This document shows positions 51,552-64,000 of a stretch of 64,000 bases of DNA, in pieces. The notes under the pieces are model-generated. The model ran no database searches, was not told the DNA's origin, and saw nothing but the letters and a program-made list of their open reading frames with translations. The stretch comes from Tubiluchus corallicola (lineage: Eukaryota > Animalia > Priapulida): assembly GCA_030141605.1 (NCBI GenBank), contig JAQGDQ010000338.1, positions 192,346 to 256,345 of the forward strand, given 5' to 3'. Position 1 is the first letter of the stretch. Every line of letters starts with the position of its first letter. Made by a program: the position numbers and the translations under genes.

Positions 51552-52060
51552 TTTATTGTCATTATAGCATAATACATACTGTGAAATTTATGTGGTTTTA
51601 CGCACTGCAATAACTTATGGAAACAACAAGGAGATTAACACAAATAATTCAATCAGTTGTACGGCGAGATAGAGAATTAATATTGGAAATTTACTGAAAT
51701 TTACTGTTGATGGTGCAAATTGCAACGGGATGGAAAGAATTTAAAGTTCTTGTGGTTTTAGCTTTAACTGAGCGGAATCTACGACCAGAGGGGTGGGGCA
51801 TTTCAAAGCATTTATCACCTGAATGAAATTCATCTTTCATAATAACCTTCGCTATCTTTGCGACCCTAGTTGCCGTCGATTGCTCTTCAATTCCTAAAAG
51901 TTTTGAAGCAGATTTAACAACCTGATCAAGAGCATTGCGATCTCCCTCCGTGGCAGCGCCATACCAAACATTGAGAGGTGTAGTTAAGATGCTCTCAATT
52001 ACTGCACATTAAAAACTTTTCATTCATTTTTTACATTCAAACTCTCCAACCTACTTATGC
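51552..52060 (-). mobile_element. Rex1/Babar-like LINE 3' remnant
   Basis: Minus strand AVIESILTTPLNVWYG...VVKSASKLLG...PSGRRFRSVKAKTTRTLNSFHPVAI*; AATAAA then (TTAC)n tail. Confidence 0.78.
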
Positions 52061-52214
52061 TTGCATACAAGGCTAATAGTCATGTTTGTCTGTAGTGACG
52101 TGCTTACAAAAGAAATGGATGGGTGACCAGGCTGGAAAGCTTTCTAGGTGGTACCACTACTCAGGACCGGCCTTAAGCATAGGCAAACTAGGCAACCGCC
52201 GAGGGCCTCACCGT

Positions 52215-52629
<415 letters not shown>

Positions 52630-53042
52630 CCGAATAATAATTTACTTTTTTCCTATTTATTTTTTTATTTTTCTATTTCCTAAGGAATGAAACTAGTTAA
52701 TACATTAAGTAATAGAACTAGTTAAAATAATAAATTAGGAAAATTTCAGGCGCCACAGCTCCTTTGGTTAATTGCCCACATATTAAATGATGGACATTTT
52801 TTACCGTCAGAAGTTTTCTCTGCCAAAATCATTTTTCTCATTTGCGTAATTACCATCAAGCTCTTATACAATTAGTAAAATTAGATCTAATTAGCGAAAT
52901 TAGTAAAATTAGCACAAGTCAGTGTAAAAGTATTAGCCAACGCATGTAATGACGGCGCATTGCCCTAATTAGGTAGGCCCGTGCGTCATGATCGGATCTT
53001 TTCATCGAATCTTTTCATTCCTAACAGCTAATAAATACTTAA

Positions 53043-53495
53043 CCCTTTCAGTCCCAAATTATTTTTTAATAAGAAAAATTTTTTGGCTTGGTGCTTTTGT
53101 TCAGTATGTCCATCTTGTTTTTTTCTGCATAAATGATTTTTTTCTACCTGTGCCCGCGTGCTAAATATAGCCTGTATCCCACGGGATACATTGGGATTCA
53201 ATGGAAGCATAAAATGTGCTTCATTTTGCAACTGCTGATAATTTTTTAAAGTATTTAAGACATTCAGTTATGCATGCTATGCTGATCTGTACAAAGTCAT
53301 CTCTAAAGTACTGTACCTTGAGCAGTTTTTTATGCTATGTAGATTTTCTAGTTTATCACCATTTTTAGTCTATTGTTATTGGCTTAAATAAAAATAACTA
53401 TTAACAGATCAAATAACTGTCAGTTTTAAAATTTTATTAATTTTAAAGGCAGAAAATATTCTCGTAGCCCACGGGATACAACGTGTATGAAAGGG
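53043..53495. mobile_element. piggyBac-like MITE, copy 2
   Basis: TTAA-flanked, CCCTTTCA/TGAAAGGG TIR; matches 37740-38193. Confidence 0.9.
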
Positions 53496-53669
53496 TTAAT
53501 TAAATTCTAATTTTAAATTAATTTTCAATTTTAATTAAGTTTCCGTTGCTATAGCTTTAAGTTAAATGCCAGTTGGGAATAAATAAATCGTTTTTCTTGC
53601 ACGCAAAATACTGTGTGGGAATTCAAAATTATACGTTTTTTAAACAGTTAAGTTCCGCCATTATATACA

Positions 53670-55152
53670 GCGGTGATGTCAACCACAGGAGCCTGAGAGA
53701 GTGGTGATATCAAGCACAGGAGCCTGAGAGAGCGGTGATATCAACCACAGGAGCCTGAGAGAGTGGTGATATCAAGCACAGGAGCCTGAGAGAGCAGTGA
53801 TATCAAGCGCAGGAGTCTGAGAGAGCGGTGATATCAAGTACAGGAGCCTGAGAGAGTAGTGATATCAAGCACAGGAGCCTGAGAGAGCGGTGATATCAAG
53901 TACAGGAGCCTGAGAGAGTGGTGATATCAAGCGCAGGAGTCTGAGAGAGCGGTGATATCAAGTACAGGAGCCTGAGAGAGCAGTGATATCAAGCACATGA
54001 GCCTGAGAGAGCGGTGATATCAAGCACAGGAGCCTGAGAGAGCGGTGATATCAAGTACAGGAGCCTGAGAGAGTGGTGATATCAAGTGCAGGAGCCTGAG
54101 AGAGTAGTGATATGAAGCACAGGAGCCTGAGAGAGCGGTGATATCAAGCACAGGAGCCTGAGAGAGCAGTGATATCAAGCGCAGGAGTCTGAGAGAGTAG
54201 TGATATCAAGCACAGGAGCCTGAGAGAGCGGTGATATCAAGTACAGGAGCCTGAGAGAGTGGTGATATCAAGCGCAGGAGTCTGAGAGAGCGGTGATATC
54301 AAGTACAGGAGCCTGAGAGAGTGGTGATATCAAGTACAGGAGCCTGAGAGAGTGGTGATATCAAGTGCAGGAGCCTGAGAGAGCGGTGATATCAAGCACA
54401 GGAGCCTGAGAGAGCGGTGATATCAAGCACAGGAGCCTGAGAGAGCGGTGATATCAAGCACAGGAGCCTGAGAGAGCAGTGATATCAAGCGCAGGAGTCT
54501 GAGAGAGCGGTGATATCAAGTACAGGAGCCTGAGAGAGTGGTGATATCAAGTACAGGAGCCTGAGAGAGTGGTGATATCAAGTGCAGGAGCCTGAGAGAG
54601 CGGTGATATCAAGCACAGGAGCCTGAGAGAGCAGTGATATCAAGCGCAGGAGTCTGAGAGAGTAGTGATATCAAGCACAGGAGCCTGAGAGAGCGGTGAT
54701 ATCAAGTACAGGAGCCTGAGAGAGTGGTGATATCAAGCGCAGGAGTCTGAGAGAGCGGTGATATCAAGTACAGGAGCCTGAGAGAGTGGTGATATCAAGT
54801 ACAGGAGCCTGAGAGAGTGGTGATATCAAGTGCAGGAGCCTGAGAGAGCGGTGATATCAAGCACAGGAGTCTGAGAGAGTGGTGATATCAACCACAGGAG
54901 CTTGAGAGAGTGGTGATATCAAGCACATTAGCCTGAGAGAGCAGTGATATCAAGCACATTAGCCTGAGAGAGCGGTGATATCAAGCACAGGAGCCTGAGA
55001 GAGTAGTGATATCAAGCACAGGAGCCTGAGAGAGTGGTGATATCAAGCACAGGAGCCTGAGAGAGTGGTGATATCAAGCACAGGAGTCTGAGAGAGCGGT
55101 GATATCAAGCACAGGAGCCTGAGAGAGCAGTGATATCAAGCACAGGAGCCTG
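53670..55152. repeat. 31-bp satellite, ~48 copies
   Basis: Unit gcggtgatatcaagcacaggagcctgagaga. Confidence 0.97.
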
Positions 55153-55728
55153 AAAGAGCTGGAGAGATGTCGTAGCAGCGACAAAGGAGAAAGGGTTCGG
55201 AGAAGAAGTATCACTGTCTTATGCGGCTCCTGGCGTAAACGGTAAATGCTCATAATAAAAATACACAGCAACAAAAGTCAAACAGTTGAATTCAAGGTCA
55301 CTGCAAATACAGTTGAATTCAAGGTCACAACAAACTAATGTAAGGCGCCGGTTGGCCTCTTCAATAGGATGATCGGTGCAGATGCCAATAATCCTTGAGT
55401 ACATTAAATCGTACTGCACATGGATCTAGTCCTAACTTTTATGTATAATTCCATCTTTCTGTGTTCTGTCAATCAGCAGTAAAACTGCATTGCACGTGGC
55501 GAAAGTTGCTCTTTGTACAAAAGAGGGAAATATAAACTATAAACGCGATTTGCAATAAACAACCCGACAGCGCGAGGCTCGTTCGCGAGCCGATTTTAGT
55601 AGAATCTTCAAACAGTTAGAATTTTGTACTTTTCCACCCTATCCAATGTGGAGCGGGGCAGTTCTCCGTGGCCTAGAATTTTGAGAGAGTGGAATTGGTA
55701 AAAGGCAATGAAAGGAGGATCTTCTAGT

Positions 55729-56185
55729 CAAGGCCTATTTCAGCCTAAGCGAGGCCCAGGGAAGTGGGGCGTGTGAAGCCCCCTGGGGGGCGGGCGCCAC
55801 CATGGTTGGCACTGATAAAATTTTTGAACTGCTAGAACGCCGGAGAAGCATTTTCGAAGAGAAAATATGGAGTTATACAGTTTTTAAAGGAAAGAAGAAT
55901 TGAAAGAAAAACTGCTTTATTCTCAAGACCAGTCCTTAATACTTGTCAAACAGTCAAATGAAAAACAACATCTTTGCAATATGTAATACCGTACTCTCAC
56001 TTCTGTATAAGCCATCTTCTGACTTTTTGTTTCCCAAAGTTATCAATTAACTCGTTAACATCACGGCCTCTTGCTACATCCACATTCATACGAAACAGCT
56101 GAACATCGCATCGAGCCGCACAAGGCTAACGGCGCGCATGCGGTAAGAGAGAGAGGAGAGAGAGAGAGAGAGAGAGAGAGGGAAA

Positions 56186-56268
<83 letters not shown>

Positions 56269-56389
56269 AGAGAGAGAACAAGAGAGGGAGAGAGAAAGAG
56301 AGAGCAATTAAGAGAGGTGGGAGTAAGAGAGGAAGAGGGGGAGAGAGCAAGAGAGAGAGAGAGAGTAAGCAAGAGAGAGAGAGAGTAAG

Positions 56390-56462
<73 letters not shown>

Positions 56463-56570
56463 AGAGAGGAGGTAGTATGTTCGCATAAAGCAAAAAATGT
56501 TACCTCGGCGCTCCTCTGGAGGGTGAGTGAGTATCCCCACTTCCCCCCCCCCTCCCTGAAATAGGTCCTG
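55729..56570. mobile_element. hAT-like MITE carrying an internal (GA)n tract
   Basis: TIR CAAGGCCTATTTCAG / CTGAAATAGGTCCTG; perfect 8-bp TSD cttctagt at 55721-55728 and 56571-56578. Confidence 0.87.
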
Positions 56571-57279
56571 CTTCTAGTAAAGAATACTGATGTAGTTAAA
56601 AAGAACATTAAAAACAAAGAGAGACTACAGATGACATGCACTATTAGAAGAACTATTAATATATACAAAAACATACATGCATAATAAAAAAATAGATACA
56701 AAATTTAAAATCAATAAATAACGCGGCGCAGAGAATTAAATTCATTCAAAAATCTTAGTCATTCTTGAAATTCCGCTGAAGTTTTCACCGTTTCCTATTT
56801 CCAAGTTTAAAATCTTTGCCTGGAACGACTTCATTAGACCTAGTGCGTTGCCACCCTATCAAATGCGTACGCAACAATTACATTCAACCGATAATTGTAT
56901 TTTTACAGCAACAACAAGAGATTAGAGCGATTTTCTTCAACTAGATCTGAAGGCCAGTATCATCAACATCATCGTTATCATCACCATCAGCATCACCAGA
57001 GACGGCACAGCTTGCATTCTGAACACGATGGCTCAACTTCGCAGACCAAGCGACCAACGATTAAAAGACATCGTCACACTTTGCTTTTGTGACACACGTC
57101 ATATTGCTTATAGACTGTTGCTTACCCGCAGTAATTGCTAAAGGTATGTTCACATGTATTTGGCGCCACAGTATGGCGACAGTAAGTCCACAACCTGCAG
57201 AATGTGCGTCTTGTCCAACGTGATGAGGCGTTCACATACATCCAAGAACACAATCTCTCTCGGTGCGTCACTCCGTTTC

Positions 57280-57895
<616 letters not shown>

Positions 57896-58261
57896 TTTCG
57901 TTCAAAAGATATATAACGGTGGATTAAAATTGAAGCTGAAATACACGCAAAGCCACTTTTCCAACTAATCATTTGTTGTATGCTAATGGCTAATGACGTC
58001 TATTTGTTGTTATCAAGCAGACAAAGTGCCTTTACAACGTGCTTCTAGAGGAACGCTACTTGTAATTATTAAACGATACAGCATTCTGCTATAAATAATG
58101 ATCAGTAAGTAAGAGCAGAACTAGACTGTAATTGGCACACTAACGTTTGAACAGCAGTGCAAATGTATTATTGTAATTTATTTGCTTCTTGCATGTTTGC
58201 AGCTAAATATACAACGGTGAAAGTGGCGCATGTAAAACGAGGGTAGTCATGCCCACCTGCC

Positions 58262-58752
<491 letters not shown>

Positions 58753-58987
58753 AGGGGAAACAATGTATTTATTGTTTAATAAAAAGTACAATGTAAATGT
58801 ACACCTGTAGGACACAATTAGCTTCTGATTTTCTACAATCTACAGTAGTGTCCTTCAGAAACATTTCGAACAAGTGCCTATCCTAAAATCACATGCTTGT
58901 ACATAATATTCAATTCATAATTACATATTCTTGTGTATTTCTAAGCTGTGTTGTTGTGTTGTATTTCTAAGCTATGCTGTGTTAATA

Positions 58988-59527
58988 AAAGGAAAACATG
59001 GTGAATTTTCATATCCTGTCCCATTCTGAAGTACTGTAAAAAGTTTACATTTTAACATCTATGATAATGCCAATGCATTTCTGATGACTTAATAAATGGT
59101 TGAAAACTTTATCAAATCACAACTAAACGTAATTTTCAACAGCACAAACATTCCATGAGCGTGTTGAACGTGTCTGTGAAAGCGGAAAATGAAGTACAGT
59201 GCTATTGTACGAGATTCAATGTGATATACAAAAACTCGGCAAATTTTAAATTTACTGCTGTGCTCATGCATGAGCTCTTGAACGTGTGCACTACGTCACA
59301 ACTGAACACACCTGAACTGACAGCACGTTTCCGAGAAGCAGGCCCTCGTACCCTTGTAACTTGCATGTAACTACGAAGAACTAGCCACGTGAATGTTAAA
59401 TTACGTTTCTGCGATAATAATTCCTGCAGGTAAGTTATTTTTGAAAAAATAAAATACCCTTCTCTTTCAAAATTTGATGGGGTAGATTGTTTTAAGCTAT
59501 AGTTTAAAATGGGATTCTTTTCCTTTA
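58988..59527 (+). mobile_element. Family X Kolobok-like element, uninterrupted copy
   Basis: aaaggaaaa ... ttttcctttaa termini; internal homology to 13090-13927 and 45781-46285. Confidence 0.6.
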
Positions 59528-59605
59528 ATAAAAATTATGAACTATATATTATAGGCTTACTGTGTAAAGTAATTCATTCTCTCTTATGTTTATCAAACAT
59601 TAATT

Positions 59606-60043
59606 TATGTTTGATAAATTAAATGAAATGCTCCTGCCCGAAAACCTTAATATAGCTGCCTTAGGAACTAATGATCTGTTGAAGATGTTATTATTCGGAA
59701 AAGATGAATTTAACTATGTTACTAACTGTAAAATATTCCAATGTATACATGACTTTATGTTACGTACTAAACGCTTCCAGCAGTTTCTATCTGATATAAA
59801 ATGCATCAGTCTTAAATATTCGTACATTAATATTTTCTAACCGTCATTTTTTACTAATGTCTAATGTATCACTGTAGCAAAACTTTAGTATACTACAGTA
59901 TACTAAAAACTAAGTATAGTGTATTCTTACTGTAAATGTTCTTGTAAATAGTGTATAAAGTCTGTGGTGGTGAGGATCTTAAATCATGTTGTACAAACTG
60001 TCTGATCCAATCCTAAATAAATTACGTTTAAACTAATTAAAGT
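59606..60043 (+). mobile_element. LINE 3' fragment copy D
   Basis: MFDKLNEMLLPENLNIAALG...MLRTKRFQ; candidate TSD aagtaattcatt at 59567-59578 and 60044-60055. Confidence 0.88.
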
Positions 60044-60250
60044 AAGTAATTCATTACAAAAGCTGATTATCAGAAGTTGTCATACTTTGTTGTGTTTCAT
60101 GGCTTGACTGCACCTTTCACATTGCGGAGGCACTGGTACTGTGCACAGAGGTGGAAAGGTAACCCACGCTAAAAATCAGCAAAAATCATGTCTGACATTG
60201 ATTAAAATGTTTTTATAATTTCATCATTTTATAAACTTGTATAATTTAGA

Positions 60251-60481
60251 AACTACGGCCATGTCAAGTTGAAAACACCGGTTCTCGTTTGATCACCGAA
60301 GTTAAGCAACGTAGAGCCTGGTTAGTACTTGGATGGGTGATCGCCTAGGAATACCAGGTGCTGTAGGCTTGCCGGATGCCCACACTGTATCTCGACACTA
60401 GGCGGAGGAACTGCACAAGCAGCCAACGGCTAGAGGGCGGAGGAGGTGAAGTGACCCAACAGCCATGTGTAGAGGAGTAAA
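60251..60481 (+). mobile_element. 5S/RTE SINE copy 3, 5' half only
   Basis: 5S-like head 60251-60370 plus ~110 nt of shared body, ending at gaggagtaaa where LINE sequence begins. Confidence 0.9.
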
Positions 60482-63400
60482 CTACTCTATGTTAATGAAT
60501 GGTTTTGCCATCTTTGTCTACAGTCTATTTTCCCATTTAATAATATACCAGATGATGAAGAATTTAAACATATTGCACGTTTTTCAAATATTGGTTCTAT
60601 CTTGTGCGATTATAATTTAAATCTCTTTTGCACTGAATCAGATGATAGCAATAATATCACGAATATGGCAGATCCTGATTTAAATTTTTTTAATACACCA
60701 AACTTAATACCAAAAAGCAATTACTATGATGAAGATCAGTTCACATCTTTGTACAGTAACACTGATTTCAATACACCACTGTCTATGATCCATGTTAATA
60801 TTCATAGCCTAAAAGCTAATTTTGATTATTTAAATGTATATTTAGAATCATTAACTATAAGTTTTTCAATTATTGCCTTATCAGAAACATGGCTCCAAGA
60901 TGATTCAGGAGTAACCATTTCCCTGCCTGGATATGAATTTGAATGTATAAATCGTGAACACAAATCTGGTGGTGGAGTCGGCTTGCTTATAAGGAAAGAC
61001 ATACCTTATACAGTGAGAAAAGACCTATGCCACATCAATGATCCAGACATAGAATCACTTTTTATTGAATTACGCAGCAAGAATAAAAATACAATAATGG
61101 GAGTAATATATAGACCACCTGGTGAAAATCCTAACCATTTTACAGACAAAATACAGAACACTATGGCAATTGTTAATAGACAAAACAAACATATTTTCTT
61201 ACTAGGAGACTATAATATAAATTTAATAAACCACGCTTCTCACAACGAAACCGGACACTTTTTAGACACAATGCTGACCAATTATCTGTTTCCTACTGTT
61301 ACAAGACCAACAAGAATTACGCCTTATTCAGCAACACTAATTGATAATATATTTACTAATGCACTAGATTATAAGTATAAATCAGGTATTTTTCTAACAG
61401 ATATAACAGATCACCTCCCAATTTTTTTAATTATTGATCTCAAAATTGAAACATACAGTAAGGAATACGTGCACAAACATATTTATAATGTTCATATAAA
61501 AAACAAAATTATCCAAGATTTAAATCAATGTGACTGGTCAGATTTATATTCTGCAACTAATACCGAAGACGCATACAATTTATTTCATACTAAGCTTTCT
61601 GATATCTATAACAAACATATTAAACTACAGAAAAGCAATAACAATCATCCAGCAGCAAAAAAACCTTGGATCACTACAGCAATTTTAGTAAGTGTTAAGC
61701 GGAAAAATAAAATGTATCGTTCTCTGGTGAACAAGGCAAATAATGACGTATCTGAAGTAGAATACAAACGATATAGAAATGAACTTAATACAGTTATAAA
61801 AGCATCAAAATGTCAGTATTATAGGGATAGATTGATGACAGTTAAAGATAACATAAAAAAGACATGGAATACAATGAAAGAAATTATGCATAAAGAAAGA
61901 CAAAATCGACCCATTACGTTGTTCATAAACAATAAATTAATTAAAAATAATGTAGAGGTGGCAAATGCTTTTAACGATTACTTTTCCAATATTGGACCAA
62001 TATTATCAGAACAAATTGAAAACACAAACATAAATCCATGTACATATCTTAAAGGTACCTACCGACAAAGCTTTTTTATTAGTGCAGTAACAGAAAATGA
62101 TACAATAAATACTTGTAAATCGTTTAATCGGAATAAAGCTCCTGGTAAGGACAAAATGTTACCTAAAGTCGTAATAGACACCATTGACTACATCTGTAAA
62201 CCTTTGCAATATTTAATTAATTTATCTTTTCTTACAGGTGAAATACCAACGAAATTGAAAGAATCAATTATTGTTCCTTTGTTTAAATCAGATGATCCCA
62301 TGTCTCTGAACAATTATAGACCAGTGTCCTTATTGCCTTTTATATCAAAAATATTAGAAAAAGTTTTTTACAATCAGTTATCTCATTATTTAATAAAAAA
62401 AGAATTCTGAGTAATAAACAATTTGGCTTCAGAAAAGGTAGCTCCACTGAAATGGCCTTAACAAAAATTATAGAAAATATCATTAATACTGTTGAAAAAA
62501 ATGGCACATCCTACGGAGTATTTTGCGACCTATCAAAAGCATTTGATACAGTAAACCATGACATTCTGCTAAATAAGTTGTACTATTACGGTATCAGAGG
62601 TTTGCCTCATATGTGGCTAAAGAATTATTTAACAGGGCGCACTCAGACAGTAAAATACAATAACGCTTTTTCAGATGTAGCACCAATCAAATGTGGCGTG
62701 CCCCAAGGCTCAGTCCTTGGGCCACTACTTTTTCTAATTTATATTAATGACATCAAATTTTCTGTTAAAAATCACAATTTATTTCAGTTTGCTGATGATA
62801 CAAGCATTTTTTTTAGCTTTCATAAAATAGAAACCAATATTGACTACATAAATACAGTTCTACATGATCTAGCTATATGGTTCAAAACAAATAAACTTTC
62901 ACTAAATTCATCAAAAACAAAATACATTCTGTTTAGATCCCGAAATAAACCAATTCAGGCAAACCACGATTTAATAATAGACCACAAAAGAATTACACGT
63001 GTAAAAGAACTGAAATTTCTGGGATTAATACTGAATGAGCATCTAGACTGGTGACCACATATATTCATGATCAGATTAAAAATATCAAAAAATATAGGTA
63101 TCATCTCATATATTAAAAACTTTCTGAACACCGAACATCTTCTAACATTATACAACAGTTTAATATTATCATATTTAAATTACTGCACAACATTATGGGG
63201 CTTTACTTATACTACAAATTTAGAATGCTTAAGAGTTTTACAACGAAAATTTTTACGTGTCATCTTCAAACTAGACAAAAGGAGCACAATTACTACTACA
63301 CATTTTAAGCAATGTCAAATATTACTTCTGGATGATGTTATTAATTTTAATGGATGTATATACATGTATAGAACCAACAACAACTTATTTCCAACTTTTT

Positions 63401-63609
63401 TTGAAAATCCAGTCAAGATAAATGTAAAAAAATACAATACCAGACATAATGAATATATACCAAGACGTTGTAGAACAAACATGGCGAAACACTTCATTAG
63501 CTATATGGGACCAGTCCTATGGAACAGACTAAGCCGCAATTCGAAATGTAGTCACTCCCTTTTAACTTTTAAAAAAACCGTCAGAAAAGAAATATTTCAA
63601 AAGTATTGA
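60482..63609 (+). pseudogene. LINE ORF2: PHD remnant + APE endonuclease + reverse transcriptase, two lesions
   Basis: WFCHLC..IFPFN; HVNIHSL, LSETWL, GGGV, IYRPP, GDYN, TLIDNIF, TDH; NYRPVSLL, DLSKAFDTV, GVPQGSVLGPLLFLIYIND, FADD; frameshift in the A-run at ~62395-62401 and in-frame TGA at 63052-63054. Confidence 0.93.
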
Positions 63610-64000
63610 AGAGTAACACAATTTGATAATGGTAATAACCTGCATTTTTTGCTACAGTAATCTTAATATAACGTGACTATGTTTAACAGGATACTGAACA
63701 CTTTGTAACCATGATCACAGTTTTCCTTAGTTCTCGCTCCATTTCATCTTTCATTCACTACCCCCCCCCCATTTTTTTTAAGTTTTCCACATACAGTTTG
63801 GCCTGTCAAGCTATGCTTTTAGGCTCAAACTGTATGCATCAAAAAATTGTTCTGTAATGAAATTTGCACATGTATATCCCGCATTCTGTAATTTCTTGAT
63901 AATACTGCATTTATTCATATTTATATTTATATTTACTCAAATGGAAAATTATCTGTATTTTAATGCTAATTGTAAGATGCAATGTGGAAAATGAATAAAC
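60482..64000 (+). mobile_element. CR1-group (Crack/Daphne/L2-like) LINE, 5'-truncated, with 3'UTR
   Basis: ORF2 to 63609, then 3'UTR with stem-loop acagtttgg...tcaaactgt and AATAAA at the window edge. Confidence 0.93.

Overview
AT-rich, repeat-dense eukaryotic (most likely invertebrate animal) genomic DNA; no prokaryotic features or CRISPR. Two plausible host coding regions: a long, highly acidic, repeat-built ORF on the minus strand (7186-10293, frame open to 11082 through an in-frame GAA/GAACAA microsatellite) and a single-exon two-transmembrane ORF (20792-21616). The rest is mobile and tandem DNA: three copies of a 5S rRNA-headed SINE whose tail is the 3' end of an RTE LINE, a nearly complete CR1-group LINE ORF2 with two lesions fused to the third SINE copy, short 3' remnants of CR1/L2-, RTE- and Rex/Babar-type LINEs (several with target-site duplications), piggyBac-, hAT-, Tigger- and Kolobok-like MITEs, minisatellite arrays (20, 21, 31, 42, 44, 46, 74 bp; two traceable to single-copy transposon sequence elsewhere in the window) and large compound microsatellites. 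Most long ORFs in the track are repeat artefacts. Coordinates and copy numbers were read by eye; family assignments rest on motif recognition, not database searches.
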